Assembly: GCA_963665295.1 (NCBI GenBank) | Contig: OY762209.1 | Span: 5,280,001-5,344,000 of the forward strand | Reading direction: 5' to 3' | DNA: 64,000 nucleotides | DNA from: Syntrophorhabdaceae bacterium | GTDB taxonomy: Bacteria > Desulfobacterota > Syntrophorhabdia > Syntrophorhabdales > Syntrophorhabdaceae | Shown: positions 22,221 through 33,214 of the stretch, in pieces | Layout: every line of letters starts with the position of its first letter | Numbering within the stretch: the stretch's first letter is position 1 | The notes under the pieces: generated by a model | Database searches by the model: none | What the model was told of the DNA's origin: nothing | Seen by the model: only the letters and a program-made list of their open reading frames with translations | Made by a program: the position numbers and the translations under genes

Positions 22221-22424
22221 CTTATACATCATTCAACTATCATTTATTTGCGGGCTACTTGTGGTAATAACTACCTATCATGCTCGAAGAAGGAAAACCG
22301 GGACGGTTATCCATCCTTGACGCACGACGGAACAACAGAATACCTGGATCGGGAGGTGAAGGCGCGATTGATTGTCGAGAGGGTTGGGATCTCAGCAGGT
22401 TAGTTACTCACGAAGGAAAGGAGG

Positions 22425-23705
22425 ATGACAAGAATGGCTTTTGACAGATTATTCGAACCGATAAGAATTGGGTCAACGGAGCTTAAGAATCGATATGCCA
22501 TGGCCCCGTGCAATTTTCTGTTCACTGATTGGACGGGAATGATCACCGAGGAGGACATCGCATACTATGTAGCAAGGGCAAAAGGCGGATCCAGCGTGTG
22601 TATTGTCGGTGCGATCCTGGTCACCGAACTGGGCAAAAAGGTTGCAAATATCCCATGGCCTTATCTGACGGGGATTGAACATGTACCCGGTATGGCGCAC
22701 CTGGCCGAAAGTATTCATGTAGCCGGATCAAAGGCCATCATGCAGATATTACCCGCCTGCGGCAGCAGGGGCAACCCCATGCGCGATGACGTGCAGCCTA
22801 TCGCGCCATCCGAAGGCATCGAGTACGTCTTTTCTACCGATCAATCGCACGGTCAGGCGGAAGGGATCCTCAAGAACCGTATGACCGGCCGCTGGTTGAA
22901 AGAAAAGTATTTGTCCCATCCCAAACCCCGGGAAATCACCGTCGGGGAAATGGAACAACTGATCAAAGAAGCCGCCCGGAATGCCAAGTTGGCGGTCCTT
23001 GCCGGGTTTGATGGAGTCGAGATGCATCTCTGCCATCATTACATACTGGACCAGTTCCGCGATCCGCGGTTCAACAAAAGGACGGACAAATATGGTGGAA
23101 GCCTGGAGAACAGGAATCGGTTCATCATTGAATACGCTGACGCCGTCATTCGATCATTAAGGGAAGAAAGGCCGGACTTTACCATCGGAGTACGAGTGGG
23201 GAGCGAGTGCGGCGAAACCGGGGGATATACCCTCGATGATACCTTGGTCCTGGCGGCGCAACTCCAGGAAATGGGTATAGATTACTGGCACACCACAATA
23301 GGTTTTCCGCCTATACCCGATGCGAAGATGGACAGCAAAAAGGATGGCGGCTACCTCGCGTGGTCGAGAGAACTTAAGAAGGTCCTGAAAGTTCCCGTGT
23401 TCACACCCAGCGTTCATTCGCCCGAACTCGCGGAGGAGGCTATCGCCAAGGGATGGACGGACGTGATAGGGCTGGGCAGACCGCTTGTCGCTGATCCGGA
23501 TATTCCCCGCAAGGTTCAGGAAAACAGGGTGGCGGACATCAACAAGTGTAAAAAGGACAATCTTTGCTGGGTGGGATTTGACCTTTGCCTGCCCGGGAGA
23601 TGTTCCGCAAACCCGGAACTGGGGAGAGAGAAGTACAACCCGAAATACATATTGACGGAAGGGTTCAAAGGAGCGGCAATGTTGCCCTATGTTTGTCGAA
23701 AATAA
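22425..23705 (+). CDS. NADH:flavin oxidoreductase (Old Yellow Enzyme family)
   Basis: LKNRYAMAP, YYVARAKGG, AGFDGVEMH..H.Y, N.RTD.YGGSLENR, GRPLVADP; start may be 22434. Confidence 0.92.
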   Translation: MTRMAFDRLFEPIRIGSTELKNRYAMAPCNFLFTDWTGMITEEDIAYYVARAKGGSSVCIVGAILVTELGKKVANIPWPYLTGIEHVPGMAHLAESIHVAGSKAIMQILPACGSRGNPMRDDVQPIAPSEGIEYVFSTDQSHGQAEGILKNRMTGRWLKEKYLSHPKPREITVGEMEQLIKEAARNAKLAVLAGFDGVEMHLCHHYILDQFRDPRFNKRTDKYGGSLENRNRFIIEYADAVIRSLREERPDFTIGVRVGSECGETGGYTLDDTLVLAAQLQEMGIDYWHTTIGFPPIPDAKMDSKKDGGYLAWSRELKKVLKVPVFTPSVHSPELAEEAIAKGWTDVIGLGRPLVADPDIPRKVQENRVADINKCKKDNLCWVGFDLCLPGRCSANPELGREKYNPKYILTEGFKGAAMLPYVCRK

Positions 23706-23855
23706 GGGGAGACGGGAATCGTGCGACGAATCACTAACTAAGGGGTTAGTAATATCATGGGTCGGATAATTGTGCGGGTTGTTGAGTGATCATCCAGGTT
23801 GCAGGAAAAGAAGGTGGGGATATGAGATGGCAAAAAAGCTTAAGGAGGCCGGAAC

Positions 23856-25919
23856 ATGTATAAAGTCTGTGTTGATATAGGCGGCACCTTTACGGATTGT
23901 GTAGTGTCGGATGAACAGGGAAACCTTCGTCAGTTCAAAGCGCCGAGTACTCCGAAACATTTTGAGCAGGGTGTGTTCGACGCGATGGGAGAGGCTGCCG
24001 CAGGTTACGGCCTGACACCCGGAGAATTTGTGAGCCACGTTGAATTGCTGGTCCATGGTTGCACTGTGGCCACGAATGCCGTGGTTACCAGGAATTTGGC
24101 GAAGACGGCAATGATTACCACGAAGGGCTTCAGAGATATCATTGAGATGCGGCGTGCGAACAAGATTGAGACAAAATCCATGTACGAAGCCCTTATTCCT
24201 CCCTACGACCCGATAGTGCCCCGCTACCTGAGGTTCGTAATGGAAGAGGAAACGCGCTATGACGGCACGATCACCAAACCGGTCAACAGGGGAGAATTAA
24301 AGGTTATCATTGAAAAATTGAAGAAAGAGAAAGTAGAGGCGGTGGCTATATGTTTTATCAACTCCTACGCCAATCCGGAGAATGAAAGGACGACCGCCGA
24401 GCTTTGCCGGGAATTCCTGGGCGACGATGTGTTCGTTACCTACTCCGCCGATATACTTCCCACCATGGGCGAGTATGAGAGAGCAAGCACCGCCGTTGTG
24501 AGCGCGTGCGTCGGCCCTGTCGTATCGAGATATACGACCGATCTCGAAAAAGGCCTGAAGGCGTCCGGTTTCGCAGGTCAACTGCTCATCATCCAGGCAA
24601 ACCAGCTTGCACAGTCCGTGACCGCGTTGAAACGAAAACCGGTCTATCTGATCGGCTCCGGCCCGTCCGCCGCACCGGCAGGCGGTGTCTTCCTGGGGAG
24701 CGTCCTGGGGGAATCGAACTATCTCGCGGGAGACATGGGTGGAACCACCTTCGATGGAAGCCTGATCCATAAAGGCGAGGTCGCCCTCACGGCGGGCTAT
24801 TGGCTCGGGGAGGAGAGGGTCGGCATCAAGGCGGTCGATGTGGTAAGCATAGGCGCCGGGGGCGGAAGCATCGGCTGGATCAATTCACTCGGCTTGCTGC
24901 AGGTTGGTCCGCAAAGCGCCGGAGCCGACCCGGGGCCATGCTGCTATAACAGGGGAGGGACCGAGCCTACTGTGAGCGATGCCGCGGTGGTTCTGGGGTA
25001 TATTCCCGCCGACGAATTCTGGGGAGGAAAAATGAAGCTCGATGTGGGTTCGGCGCGAGCGGCGGTAAAGAAGGTAGCCGACCCCTTGGGCATGTCCATA
25101 GAGGAGGCATCACAGGCCATTCTGACTACGGTCAATGCGAATATGGCAGATGGTATCACGGAGATATCAACGAAAAAAGGTTATGACGTGAGGGACTTCA
25201 GCCTGTTGGCGATCGGCGGGGCAACCCCTTTGTGCGCAGCGTCTATCGCAGATCTACTGAACGTAAAAAAGGTCACCATCCCCGAATTCGCCCCTACTTT
25301 CAGCGCCTGGAGCATGTTCTGCCTGGATATCGGGCGAGACTACGTGAGGTCCTATATCTGCCCGTCGGAAAGGGCTGATCCAGGGGACATCAATCGTCTT
25401 TTCGACGATATGGTGCGGGAAGCCTTGAAGGAGTTCGAGGCATTGAACATATCAAAGGACGAATTGATACTCAGTAAGTCTGTGGATGTCCGCTATATGG
25501 GACAGTACCATGAAGTGGAGATGAGCCTGTCCGAGGGGGACATAACCCGTCGGGACATCGCGAAAGCCACGGAGGAGTTCCATAAGAAACACAAGGAACT
25601 CTACACTTTCTCCCTGCAGTGGGTGCCTGTTGAATTCCGTAATTTGAGATTAATAGGTAAATCCAGAGGACAAAGAACAAAGGTGGCGCGCATAGAGGCG
25701 GGAACAGCAGATGCTTCGGAAGCAATGAAGCCGAAGAGGCAATGTTACTTTGGCGGCAGTTACAAAGAGACAAGTATCTATGATGGCGCCAGATTCAAGG
25801 CGGGAAACACGATCTCCGGATTTTCCATTATAGAGACCCCCTTGACTACTGTGGTGGTGCCCGAAGGATGGCAATGCACTATCGATGATTATGGCAATCA
25901 TATCATGAGGAGGATATAA
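23856..25919 (+). CDS. Hydantoinase/oxoprolinase A family (ATP-binding subunit)
   Basis: DIGGTFTD, TVATNA, SGPSA, DMGGTTFD, IGAGGGS, AGADPGP. Confidence 0.93.
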   Translation: MYKVCVDIGGTFTDCVVSDEQGNLRQFKAPSTPKHFEQGVFDAMGEAAAGYGLTPGEFVSHVELLVHGCTVATNAVVTRNLAKTAMITTKGFRDIIEMRRANKIETKSMYEALIPPYDPIVPRYLRFVMEEETRYDGTITKPVNRGELKVIIEKLKKEKVEAVAICFINSYANPENERTTAELCREFLGDDVFVTYSADILPTMGEYERASTAVVSACVGPVVSRYTTDLEKGLKASGFAGQLLIIQANQLAQSVTALKRKPVYLIGSGPSAAPAGGVFLGSVLGESNYLAGDMGGTTFDGSLIHKGEVALTAGYWLGEERVGIKAVDVVSIGAGGGSIGWINSLGLLQVGPQSAGADPGPCCYNRGGTEPTVSDAAVVLGYIPADEFWGGKMKLDVGSARAAVKKVADPLGMSIEEASQAILTTVNANMADGITEISTKKGYDVRDFSLLAIGGATPLCAASIADLLNVKKVTIPEFAPTFSAWSMFCLDIGRDYVRSYICPSERADPGDINRLFDDMVREALKEFEALNISKDELILSKSVDVRYMGQYHEVEMSLSEGDITRRDIAKATEEFHKKHKELYTFSLQWVPVEFRNLRLIGKSRGQRTKVARIEAGTADASEAMKPKRQCYFGGSYKETSIYDGARFKAGNTISGFSIIETPLTTVVVPEGWQCTIDDYGNHIMRRI

Positions 25920-25921
25920 CC

Positions 25922-27685
25922 ATGGTACAGACTGATCCGATCACCATAGCGACAACGTGGCATGCCTTGCAGAGAATCTGCAGGGAGATGCGTCAGCATA
26001 TCGAAAGAACGGCAACCAATGTACTGGCGTGTACCCTTCACGATCTGGCCTACGGGATATGGGACGCCGAAGGTCAAGCCATAGCCATCCCCGAGGGTTT
26101 TCCCTGCCGGCTGGTGTCAAGTTCCTTTCAAATAAAGGCAGTCCGGAAGCGGTTCCAAGAGCGGATTTTCCCGGGCGACGTGTTCCTGACCAACAGTCCC
26201 TTTCAGGCCGGAGCCGTCCACCTTCCGGATTGGGTATTCGTCAGGCCCATATTCTTCGAAGATGAACTCGTTTTTTGGACCTGCATGGGCACCCACGTCC
26301 CGGATAACGGCGGCGCTTTGCCCGGGGCCTATTTCCTGGCTTTCGATTCTATTGCCGAGGGCCTCAATATCCCGCCGGTAAAAGTGATGGAACGAGGCGA
26401 ACTGAAGGACGATGTCGTCGATTTGATCCTTGCCAACAATCGTTTGCCCGACATGATGCGCCGGGAGATGCGCTCTCTTGTCGGCAGTACGACATTAGCC
26501 GAGCAGAGAACGATCGATTTACTCAAGAGGTACGGCAAGGAGACGGTATTGGCCTGTGTGGAGGAGATGATCAACCGCACGGAAAGAGCAGTGCGGGCGG
26601 AAATCGCAAAGTGGCCCGACGGCACGTATTACGCGGAAGCGCAGACGGATGACGATGGCGCCCAAATGGGAACCCCCGTCACCATCCGGTGCGCGTTGAC
26701 CATCAAAGGTGACGAGGCGATCTTCGACTTTTCAGAAAGCGACGAACAGGTGAGAGGCTATGCCAATGAGGGCTATTCCGTTACCATGAGCGAGGCCATG
26801 GCCGCCGCCTTCCTGTTCTTCGGCTCCGGATTGGCCGCCTATCATAACGAAGGAAGCCTGCGGCCTATCCATATAGTCGCGAAGGAGGGTACCGTCACCA
26901 ATTGTAAACCGGGAAGCCTTGTGGCGGCCGCACCTTCTCTTATCGGCAATAAGGTCATGGAGTGCGTCTTCGCGACGCTGTCACAGGCCCTCCCGCATCA
27001 AGCCCTTGCAGCCCATCCCGGGCCCGTCGAGCTTATGTTCATCGGCCCGGACACAAGAACAGGGCAACTATACGTATATATCTCATTCTGTCCCGATGCC
27101 GGCGCCGGGGCGACCTACGGGAACGACGGCTATCAGTCTTTCGCGTGTGGGGGCTCTCTCGGAGTTGTCGCGAAAGCCGACGCGGAGGAAGAGATGGTGA
27201 GGTTTCCGTGGCGTATCACAAAATACGAGTTCATGACCGATTCACACGGAGCAGGGAAGTGGCGCAGTGCGCCCGGCGTTCATTGGGAAGCGGTAAACGA
27301 AGCGATAGAGTGCCATTCCAACATGGGGCCGTGCGATGGATGGCACACCCGGGGCGCGGGTCAACTGGGAGGGCACCCTACCCTTCTCAACAAGGCCTAC
27401 ATTATCCGGAACGGAGAACAGATTGAGATTAAGGAGCCCCACATTTCCCAGAATTTAAAGGCAGGGGACATCTTTGTCGCCAAAGCGGGTGGCGGCGGCG
27501 GTGTGGGACGGCCGGAAGAGAGAGACCCTGAAGCGGTGAGGCTGGACGTAAGGAACGGCCTCGTTTCCCTGGAGATGGCGCGGGACGTTTACAGGGTCAG
27601 CATAGACCCCGACACCTTCGAAATCTACGAAAGTGCCACCCAAAAAATGAGGGGAGAGATCCCGGAAGTCGCAATAGCGGGGTAA
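25922..27685 (+). CDS. Hydantoinase B/oxoprolinase family subunit
   Basis: GDVFLTN, HLPD, H..D.GG, EGL.IPP, GAGKWR, GGGGG.G.P.ERDP. Confidence 0.92.
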   Translation: MVQTDPITIATTWHALQRICREMRQHIERTATNVLACTLHDLAYGIWDAEGQAIAIPEGFPCRLVSSSFQIKAVRKRFQERIFPGDVFLTNSPFQAGAVHLPDWVFVRPIFFEDELVFWTCMGTHVPDNGGALPGAYFLAFDSIAEGLNIPPVKVMERGELKDDVVDLILANNRLPDMMRREMRSLVGSTTLAEQRTIDLLKRYGKETVLACVEEMINRTERAVRAEIAKWPDGTYYAEAQTDDDGAQMGTPVTIRCALTIKGDEAIFDFSESDEQVRGYANEGYSVTMSEAMAAAFLFFGSGLAAYHNEGSLRPIHIVAKEGTVTNCKPGSLVAAAPSLIGNKVMECVFATLSQALPHQALAAHPGPVELMFIGPDTRTGQLYVYISFCPDAGAGATYGNDGYQSFACGGSLGVVAKADAEEEMVRFPWRITKYEFMTDSHGAGKWRSAPGVHWEAVNEAIECHSNMGPCDGWHTRGAGQLGGHPTLLNKAYIIRNGEQIEIKEPHISQNLKAGDIFVAKAGGGGGVGRPEERDPEAVRLDVRNGLVSLEMARDVYRVSIDPDTFEIYESATQKMRGEIPEVAIAG

Positions 27686-27739
27686 ACGACATTTAGATCG
27701 GATTTGACAACCGCCAGAATAGAACCGGAACAGGTCATT

Positions 27740-27776
27740 CGATCCGCCCCCTCTCCTCTTGCGAGGGGGCGGATCG
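27740..27776. terminator. Strong hairpin (terminator-like or RNA-stabilising) after hydantoinase B
   Basis: CGATCCGCCCCCTC / GAGGGGGCGGATCG perfect 14-bp stem; no clear U-tract. Confidence 0.5.
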
Positions 27777-28007
27777 GAGGGCACGCGATATGTTGTCCGG
27801 CTCTGGTGATTACTACCTGGTTAGTCATATCGTACGAGGAGGGAAGGCGGTGTTCCGGTCGGCCTTTCCGGTATGGACGCAACGTGGAGACCATGGAAGG
27901 CCTCACCTCTCAGGACTTCCCGGTACCGCGGAAGGTGGGTAGAAGGATATACGAACCTTCATCAAAAAGAAGAAAGCGGCATTCAATAAAGATATAAGGA
28001 GGAGCAC

Positions 28008-29183
28008 ATGAAAGAGATTGTGATAGTAGGGGCAACGCGGACGCCTATCGGCGAGTTCGGCGGGTCTTTAAGAGGTGTACCGGCGGTTTCCCTGGGTGTA
28101 ACCGCTATCAATTCCGTTGTCGAACGTGCCGGTATCGAAAAGAACATGGTAGACCAGGTAATCATGGGGAACTGCTTCGAGCCTTTGGACATGAATGTTG
28201 CCCGTATTGCGGCGATAAAAGCAGGTCTGCCCATCGAGACCACGGGGTTCCATATTGTGGCCACCTGTGGGTCGGGTATGCAGGCGATTATGTGCGGCGT
28301 TCAGGCAATCCGGGACGGAGACGCCGATATCGTGATTGCAGGAGGTGCGGAGAGCATGAGCAGTGCGCCTTACGTACTTACCTCCGCGCGATGGGGTCAG
28401 AGACTCCAGCATGCGCCGGACATAGACATGCTCTGGCGTTGCATGCAGCAGTATCCCATAGGAGACGGCATGGGCATGACTGCCGAGAACCTGGCGGTGA
28501 AATACGACATTCCAAGGGAGGAGCAGGACGCCTTCGCCTTGAGAAGCCAGCAGTCAGCTTCAATGGCAGTCAAGGAGGGAAAATTCAGGGAAGAGATCAC
28601 CCCTGTCGTGATGCCGGGAAAGAAAGGAGACACCAAAGTCTTTGATACGGATGAATATCCGAAACCGGACGCAACCCTTGAAGGGCTTGCCAAACTGCCC
28701 GCGGTCTTCAAAAAGGGCGGAACAGTGACCGCAGGCAATGCGTGCGGCATGAACGATGCAGCAGCGCTCGTAGTGTTGACAAGCAAGGAAAAGGCGAAGG
28801 AGTTGGGCCTCAAGCCCCTGGCAAAGGTTTTAAGCTACGCAGTAGCCGGCGTTGATCCTTCACATATGGGTATAGGGCCTGTGCCCGCGACGAAGAGGGC
28901 CCTCAAAAAAGCGGGCCTCTCCCTCAACGACATTGACCTGGTGGAGATCAACGAGGCCTTTGCAGCCCAGTATCTCGCGTGCGAAAGAGAGCTTGGATGG
29001 GACCGCGACATTGTGAATGTCAATGGGAGCGGCATATCCCTCGGCCATCCCGTAGGGGCCACCGGCTGCCGCCTCGTTGTTACCCTTATCCATGAAATGG
29101 CAAAAAGGGACCTGCCCCTGGGTCTCGCCACGCTTTGCGCCGGCGGCGGACAGGGGTTTGCGACAATTGTGGAAAGGATGTAA
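28008..29183 (+). CDS. Acetyl-CoA C-acyltransferase (thiolase)
   Basis: CGSG catalytic Cys, [28 protein letters not shown]. Confidence 0.95.
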   Translation: MKEIVIVGATRTPIGEFGGSLRGVPAVSLGVTAINSVVERAGIEKNMVDQVIMGNCFEPLDMNVARIAAIKAGLPIETTGFHIVATCGSGMQAIMCGVQAIRDGDADIVIAGGAESMSSAPYVLTSARWGQRLQHAPDIDMLWRCMQQYPIGDGMGMTAENLAVKYDIPREEQDAFALRSQQSASMAVKEGKFREEITPVVMPGKKGDTKVFDTDEYPKPDATLEGLAKLPAVFKKGGTVTAGNACGMNDAAALVVLTSKEKAKELGLKPLAKVLSYAVAGVDPSHMGIGPVPATKRALKKAGLSLNDIDLVEINEAFAAQYLACERELGWDRDIVNVNGSGISLGHPVGATGCRLVVTLIHEMAKRDLPLGLATLCAGGGQGFATIVERM

Positions 29184-29782
29184 GACTGAACCGGCCTAGC
29201 CCTTCAGTCAAGGAAAATGCGATACTCAGGAAAAAGAGCGGTGATCCGCTGAAACCTTCCCATCAGCGTCACGCGCTCTGTTCCTGGGGCGCCCGCACCG
29301 GGTCTGTAACAGTTCACCTTAATTTACCTGAAAGGGCAGGTTAGAAACGGCCCTGCCCTTCTTGACCGGCAATCGTCGCGACAGGCGCGCTCTCCCTTCC
29401 CCGCGGCCCAACTACCCCTTTTTTGGAACTACTGTGCCTTTGTGCCCGAATAATAAGGGGAAAATCGGCAGGAAGGGCAGCGAGTCTCCCCCATAGTCAG
29501 GTCATCCCTGTCTAATATACATGCCTATTATTTACGTTCTGTTTTCTTTGTGCCTTTTCAGTCATAATTATTGTGCGTTTGTCTTGACTTTCGCTTTCAC
29601 CATATTTTACTATTTGTATACAAATCGTCAAGTTCAAAAACGAGGCCGCAGTGGAACCCCGTTTTAGTACCGCCGATACTACATCTAAGTAAGCGCATCA
29701 AGGGGGTTTTTGTCGAATATATCACTTAAGTTGGCTTTTACGTGTACCAGGAATCTCTTGCCAAACCAAAGGAGGATTGCGG

Positions 29783-32479
29783 ATGAACATCACGATTAAC
29801 GGAATAGCATGCGAGGCCGAAAACGGCCAGACGGTGCTCCAGGTAGCGAGGGCGAACGGGATTCACATTCCCACCCTCTGCGACCTGCCGGAACTGACCC
29901 CTACCGGGGCCTGCCGTGTATGCATGGTAGAGGTTGACAATTCACGGAATCTGGTGGCTGCCTGTTCGTATCTGGCCACCGAAGGCATCAAGGTCCAGAC
30001 TCACACCGAGCGGGTCCTCGAAGCCCGTCGGTTTGTCGTTGAGCTGCTGTTATCATGTCACCCCCTCGATTGTCTTACCTGCGAAAAGGGAGGGGATTGC
30101 GCCCTTCAGAACCTCGCGTACGATCTTGGGTTAAGCAGCAGTCGCCGGATAGAAGGAGAAACACACGACTATGCCGTGGACACTTCCAACCCATTCATTA
30201 TCAGGGATTACAACAAATGCATCCTGTGCCAGAGATGCGTGCGGGCATGCGACGAAATCCAGGGAATCCAGGCCATCAAGAACAGCTATCGCGGGTTCGA
30301 CACGAAAGTGACCACCGCCTTTGACACTCCCTTGCAGGAGAGCAACTGCGCCTTCTGCGGACACTGCGTCCAGGTGTGCCCGGTAGGGGCGCTGACGGAA
30401 AAGAAGGGCGTAGGTAAAGGACGCTCCTATGATACCAAGAAGGTGCGCACCACCTGCCCATATTGTGGAGTCGGCTGTCAACTCTATCTCCACACTAAAG
30501 GTCAGCAGATCGTCAAGGTCACGGGCGTTCAGGATGGTTCACCGAACAAGGGAAGGCTCTGTGTGAAAGGGCGGTTCGGCTACGATTTCATCTACTCCAA
30601 GGACCGGCTGACGACCCCCCTTATAAAGGAAGACGGGGAATTCCGGGAAGCCTCATGGGACGAGGCCCTGGATCTGGTGGCCACCAAGTTCAAAGAAATT
30701 ATCGCTGAAAGCAGTCCCGATGCTATCGCGGGCGTCAGTTGTGCCCGGAGCATCAACGAGGACTCCTACCAGATGCAGAAGTTATTCCGCGCGGTGATCG
30801 GTACGAACAATATCGACCACTGCGCCCGTACCTGACACGCCCCCACTGTCGCCGGTCTGGCGCAATCTTTTGGCTCGGGGGCCATGACAAATTCTTTTGG
30901 AGAATTCGCAAATGCAAAGATGTTTTTCTGTATAGGCACAAACATGACGGAGGCCCATCCCGTGGCAGCCACGTTTCTTAAGAATGCCATGCGAAAAGGC
31001 GCGAAACTTGTCGTAGTGGACCCGCGCAAGCAACCTCTCGTGGACTATGCCAACATCCACTGTCAGATCAAGGTGGGCACCGACATCGCCTTCCTCAACG
31101 GCCTTATGAATGTGCTTATCAACGAAAACCTGTATGACAAGGATTTTGTGGAAGCCAGGTGTGAAAATTTCGATGCCTTCAAGGCGAAGATAATGGAATA
31201 CCCCGTGGAGCGGGCCGCGGAGATTTCGGGCGTGGACGCGGAAAAGATCCGCGCTGTAGCCCGTCTTCTTGCCTCCGTGAAACCGGCCATGTTGATCTAC
31301 ACATTGGGGATCACGGAACACACCACCGGGAAAGACAATGTGATGAGCACCGCCAACCTCCAGTTGCTGCTGGGGAATATGGGTATGCCCGCCGCAGGGG
31401 TGAACCCCCTCAGGGGTCAGAACAATGTCCAGGGAGCCTGTGACATGGGTGCCTTGCCGAACGTCTTCCCCGGGTACCAGAAGGTGATCGACCCGGCTAT
31501 GACCGATAAATTCGCCAAGGCTTGGAACGTCGACACACTGCCCACCGCCAACGGCATCATGATGCCCCAGATGATGGACGGGTTGGTGAGCAAGAAAATC
31601 CGCGCCTTTTACGTCTTCGGCGAGAACCTCGCAAACACGGAACCCGACATCCACAAGGTGGAGCATGAACTGGCTTCCGCGGAGTTTCTCGTATGCCAGG
31701 ATATCTTCCCCACCGAGACGACCCGTTTCGCCCATGTCGTCTTTCCCGCCGCCGCATGGAGCGAAAACGACGGGACCTTCGCGAGCAGCGAACGGCGGGT
31801 GAGTCGGGTCCGCAAGGTCAAGAACCCTCCGGGCCAGGCCAAACCGAACTGGTGGATATTCAAAGAACTGGCCCGTCGCATGGGCCACACGTGGACCTCG
31901 GAAAGTGCCCGTGAAATATGGGATAATGAAGTCTCGGTCCTGGCTCCCGCGCTGGGAGGCATCAAATACAGTCGCATCGAAGAAGACGGCCTTCAGTGGC
32001 CGTGTCCGAACACGGATCATCCGGGCACACAATTCCTTCACCGGGACGGGATGTTCACCCATGGAAAGGGCGTATTCAATCCGGTTGACTGGAAGGCGCC
32101 CGCAGAGGTCCCTGATGAGGACTATCCCTTCGTTCTCAGCACCGGTCGCCGTCTGTTCCACTATCACACCCGTACGCAGACAGGACGGTCAGGAATGGAC
32201 GAGCTCGTGTCGGAAGAGACCGCCGATATCTCCCAGGCCGATGCGGAGAAGCTGGGTATAGAACATGGAGAGTACGTCAAGGTCCGGTCCCGCCGGGGCG
32301 AGGTAAAGGTCAAAGCCAATGTAACCCCCCAGGTGCCACCTGGTATGATATGGATGGCCTTTCATTTCCGCGAGGGATGCGCGAACTGGTTGACCAATGC
32401 GGTCTACGATCCTGTAACTTTTACCGCGGAGTACAAGGCCTGCGCAGTAAACCTGGAAAAGCTCCAGGCTCCGGGGTAA
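29783..32479 (+). CDS. fdhF: Selenocysteine-containing formate dehydrogenase alpha subunit (cytoplasmic; N-terminal 2Fe-2S/4Fe-4S), about 898 aa
   Basis: ORFs 29777-30835 and 30884-32479 are in frame, joined by TGA 30833-30835 in DHCART-U-HAPTVAGL; CPYCGVGC, LRGQNNVQG; SECIS-like hairpin follows. Confidence 0.93.
30836..30870 (+). promoter_or_regulatory. Bacterial SECIS element
   Basis: CGCC-GGTCT-GGCG stem-loop starting about 14 nt after the in-frame TGA, resembling the fdhF SECIS apical loop. Confidence 0.75.
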
Positions 32480-32493
32480 GCGGCTTTTAAGGC

Positions 32494-33111
32494 ATGGACA
32501 CATGTATTCTTGATCATACTTTTGAAGAATACCTGGAAATCGTGACAAGATTCCACGGTGGTGAAGCCCCCGGTGTAATCATCGGGGGCTTCATGGTGGA
32601 TCTCGCCCTAAGGAACCTCCCGGATGGCATCCTCTATGATGCCATCTGTGAAACCCGCTCCTGCCTGCCTGATGCCATCCAGATCCTCACACCCTGCACG
32701 GTGGGGAATGGCTGGCTCAAGATCATTCCTTTGGGACGTTTCGCCATGTCCCTGTATAACAAACAGGATTATCACGGCATAAGGGTCTTTATGGACGCGG
32801 AGAAACTGGAGGCATGGCAGGAAATAAAAGCCTGGTTCTTTAAGCTGAAGACCAAGAAAGAACAGGCGAGAGAAGACATTATCCGTGAGATCCGTGAGGC
32901 GGGCGCGAGTATTCTGGGTAGCCATCCCGTAAACGTTCAGCCCGAAGCAGTAATAAAGGCACATAAGGGAATAATCAGGGTATGTCCCCAATGCGGAGAA
33001 GCATATCCATCCGATGAAGGTGGATTGTGTCTTGCGTGCCGGGGAGCAAATCCCTATCAGCCCGTGAATACCCCGGAACAGGCCGGGAAAAGTGGGGAGA
33101 TCGCGTCCTGA
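32494..33111 (+). CDS. FmdE (formylmethanofuran dehydrogenase subunit E) family protein
   Basis: FHG..APG, ET..CLPDAIQ..TPCTVGN, C-terminal CxxC...CxxC zinc finger. Confidence 0.85.
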   Translation: MDTCILDHTFEEYLEIVTRFHGGEAPGVIIGGFMVDLALRNLPDGILYDAICETRSCLPDAIQILTPCTVGNGWLKIIPLGRFAMSLYNKQDYHGIRVFMDAEKLEAWQEIKAWFFKLKTKKEQAREDIIREIREAGASILGSHPVNVQPEAVIKAHKGIIRVCPQCGEAYPSDEGGLCLACRGANPYQPVNTPEQAGKSGEIAS

Positions 33112-33214
33112 TCCAACACTGCTGTTTCGATTACCTGAGAAGAAGCAATCATTCATACCCCGTCCCTCCTGGGGCCGGGGTATTTCACCTTCAGAAGAAG
33201 GGGGAGCGGCACGC

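Noticed and set aside
30833..30835. FDH as two genes or a nonsense pseudogene
   Set aside because: The TGA is in frame at the catalytic Cys/Sec position and is followed by a SECIS-like hairpin.
30782..32167. Long antisense ORFs (also 8321-9472, 55372-56505, 61635-62747)
   Set aside because: Shadows of high-GC3 genes that rarely use TTA/CTA/TCA; no promoter, RBS or motifs, unlike the low-GC pair at 47.3-48.1 kb.
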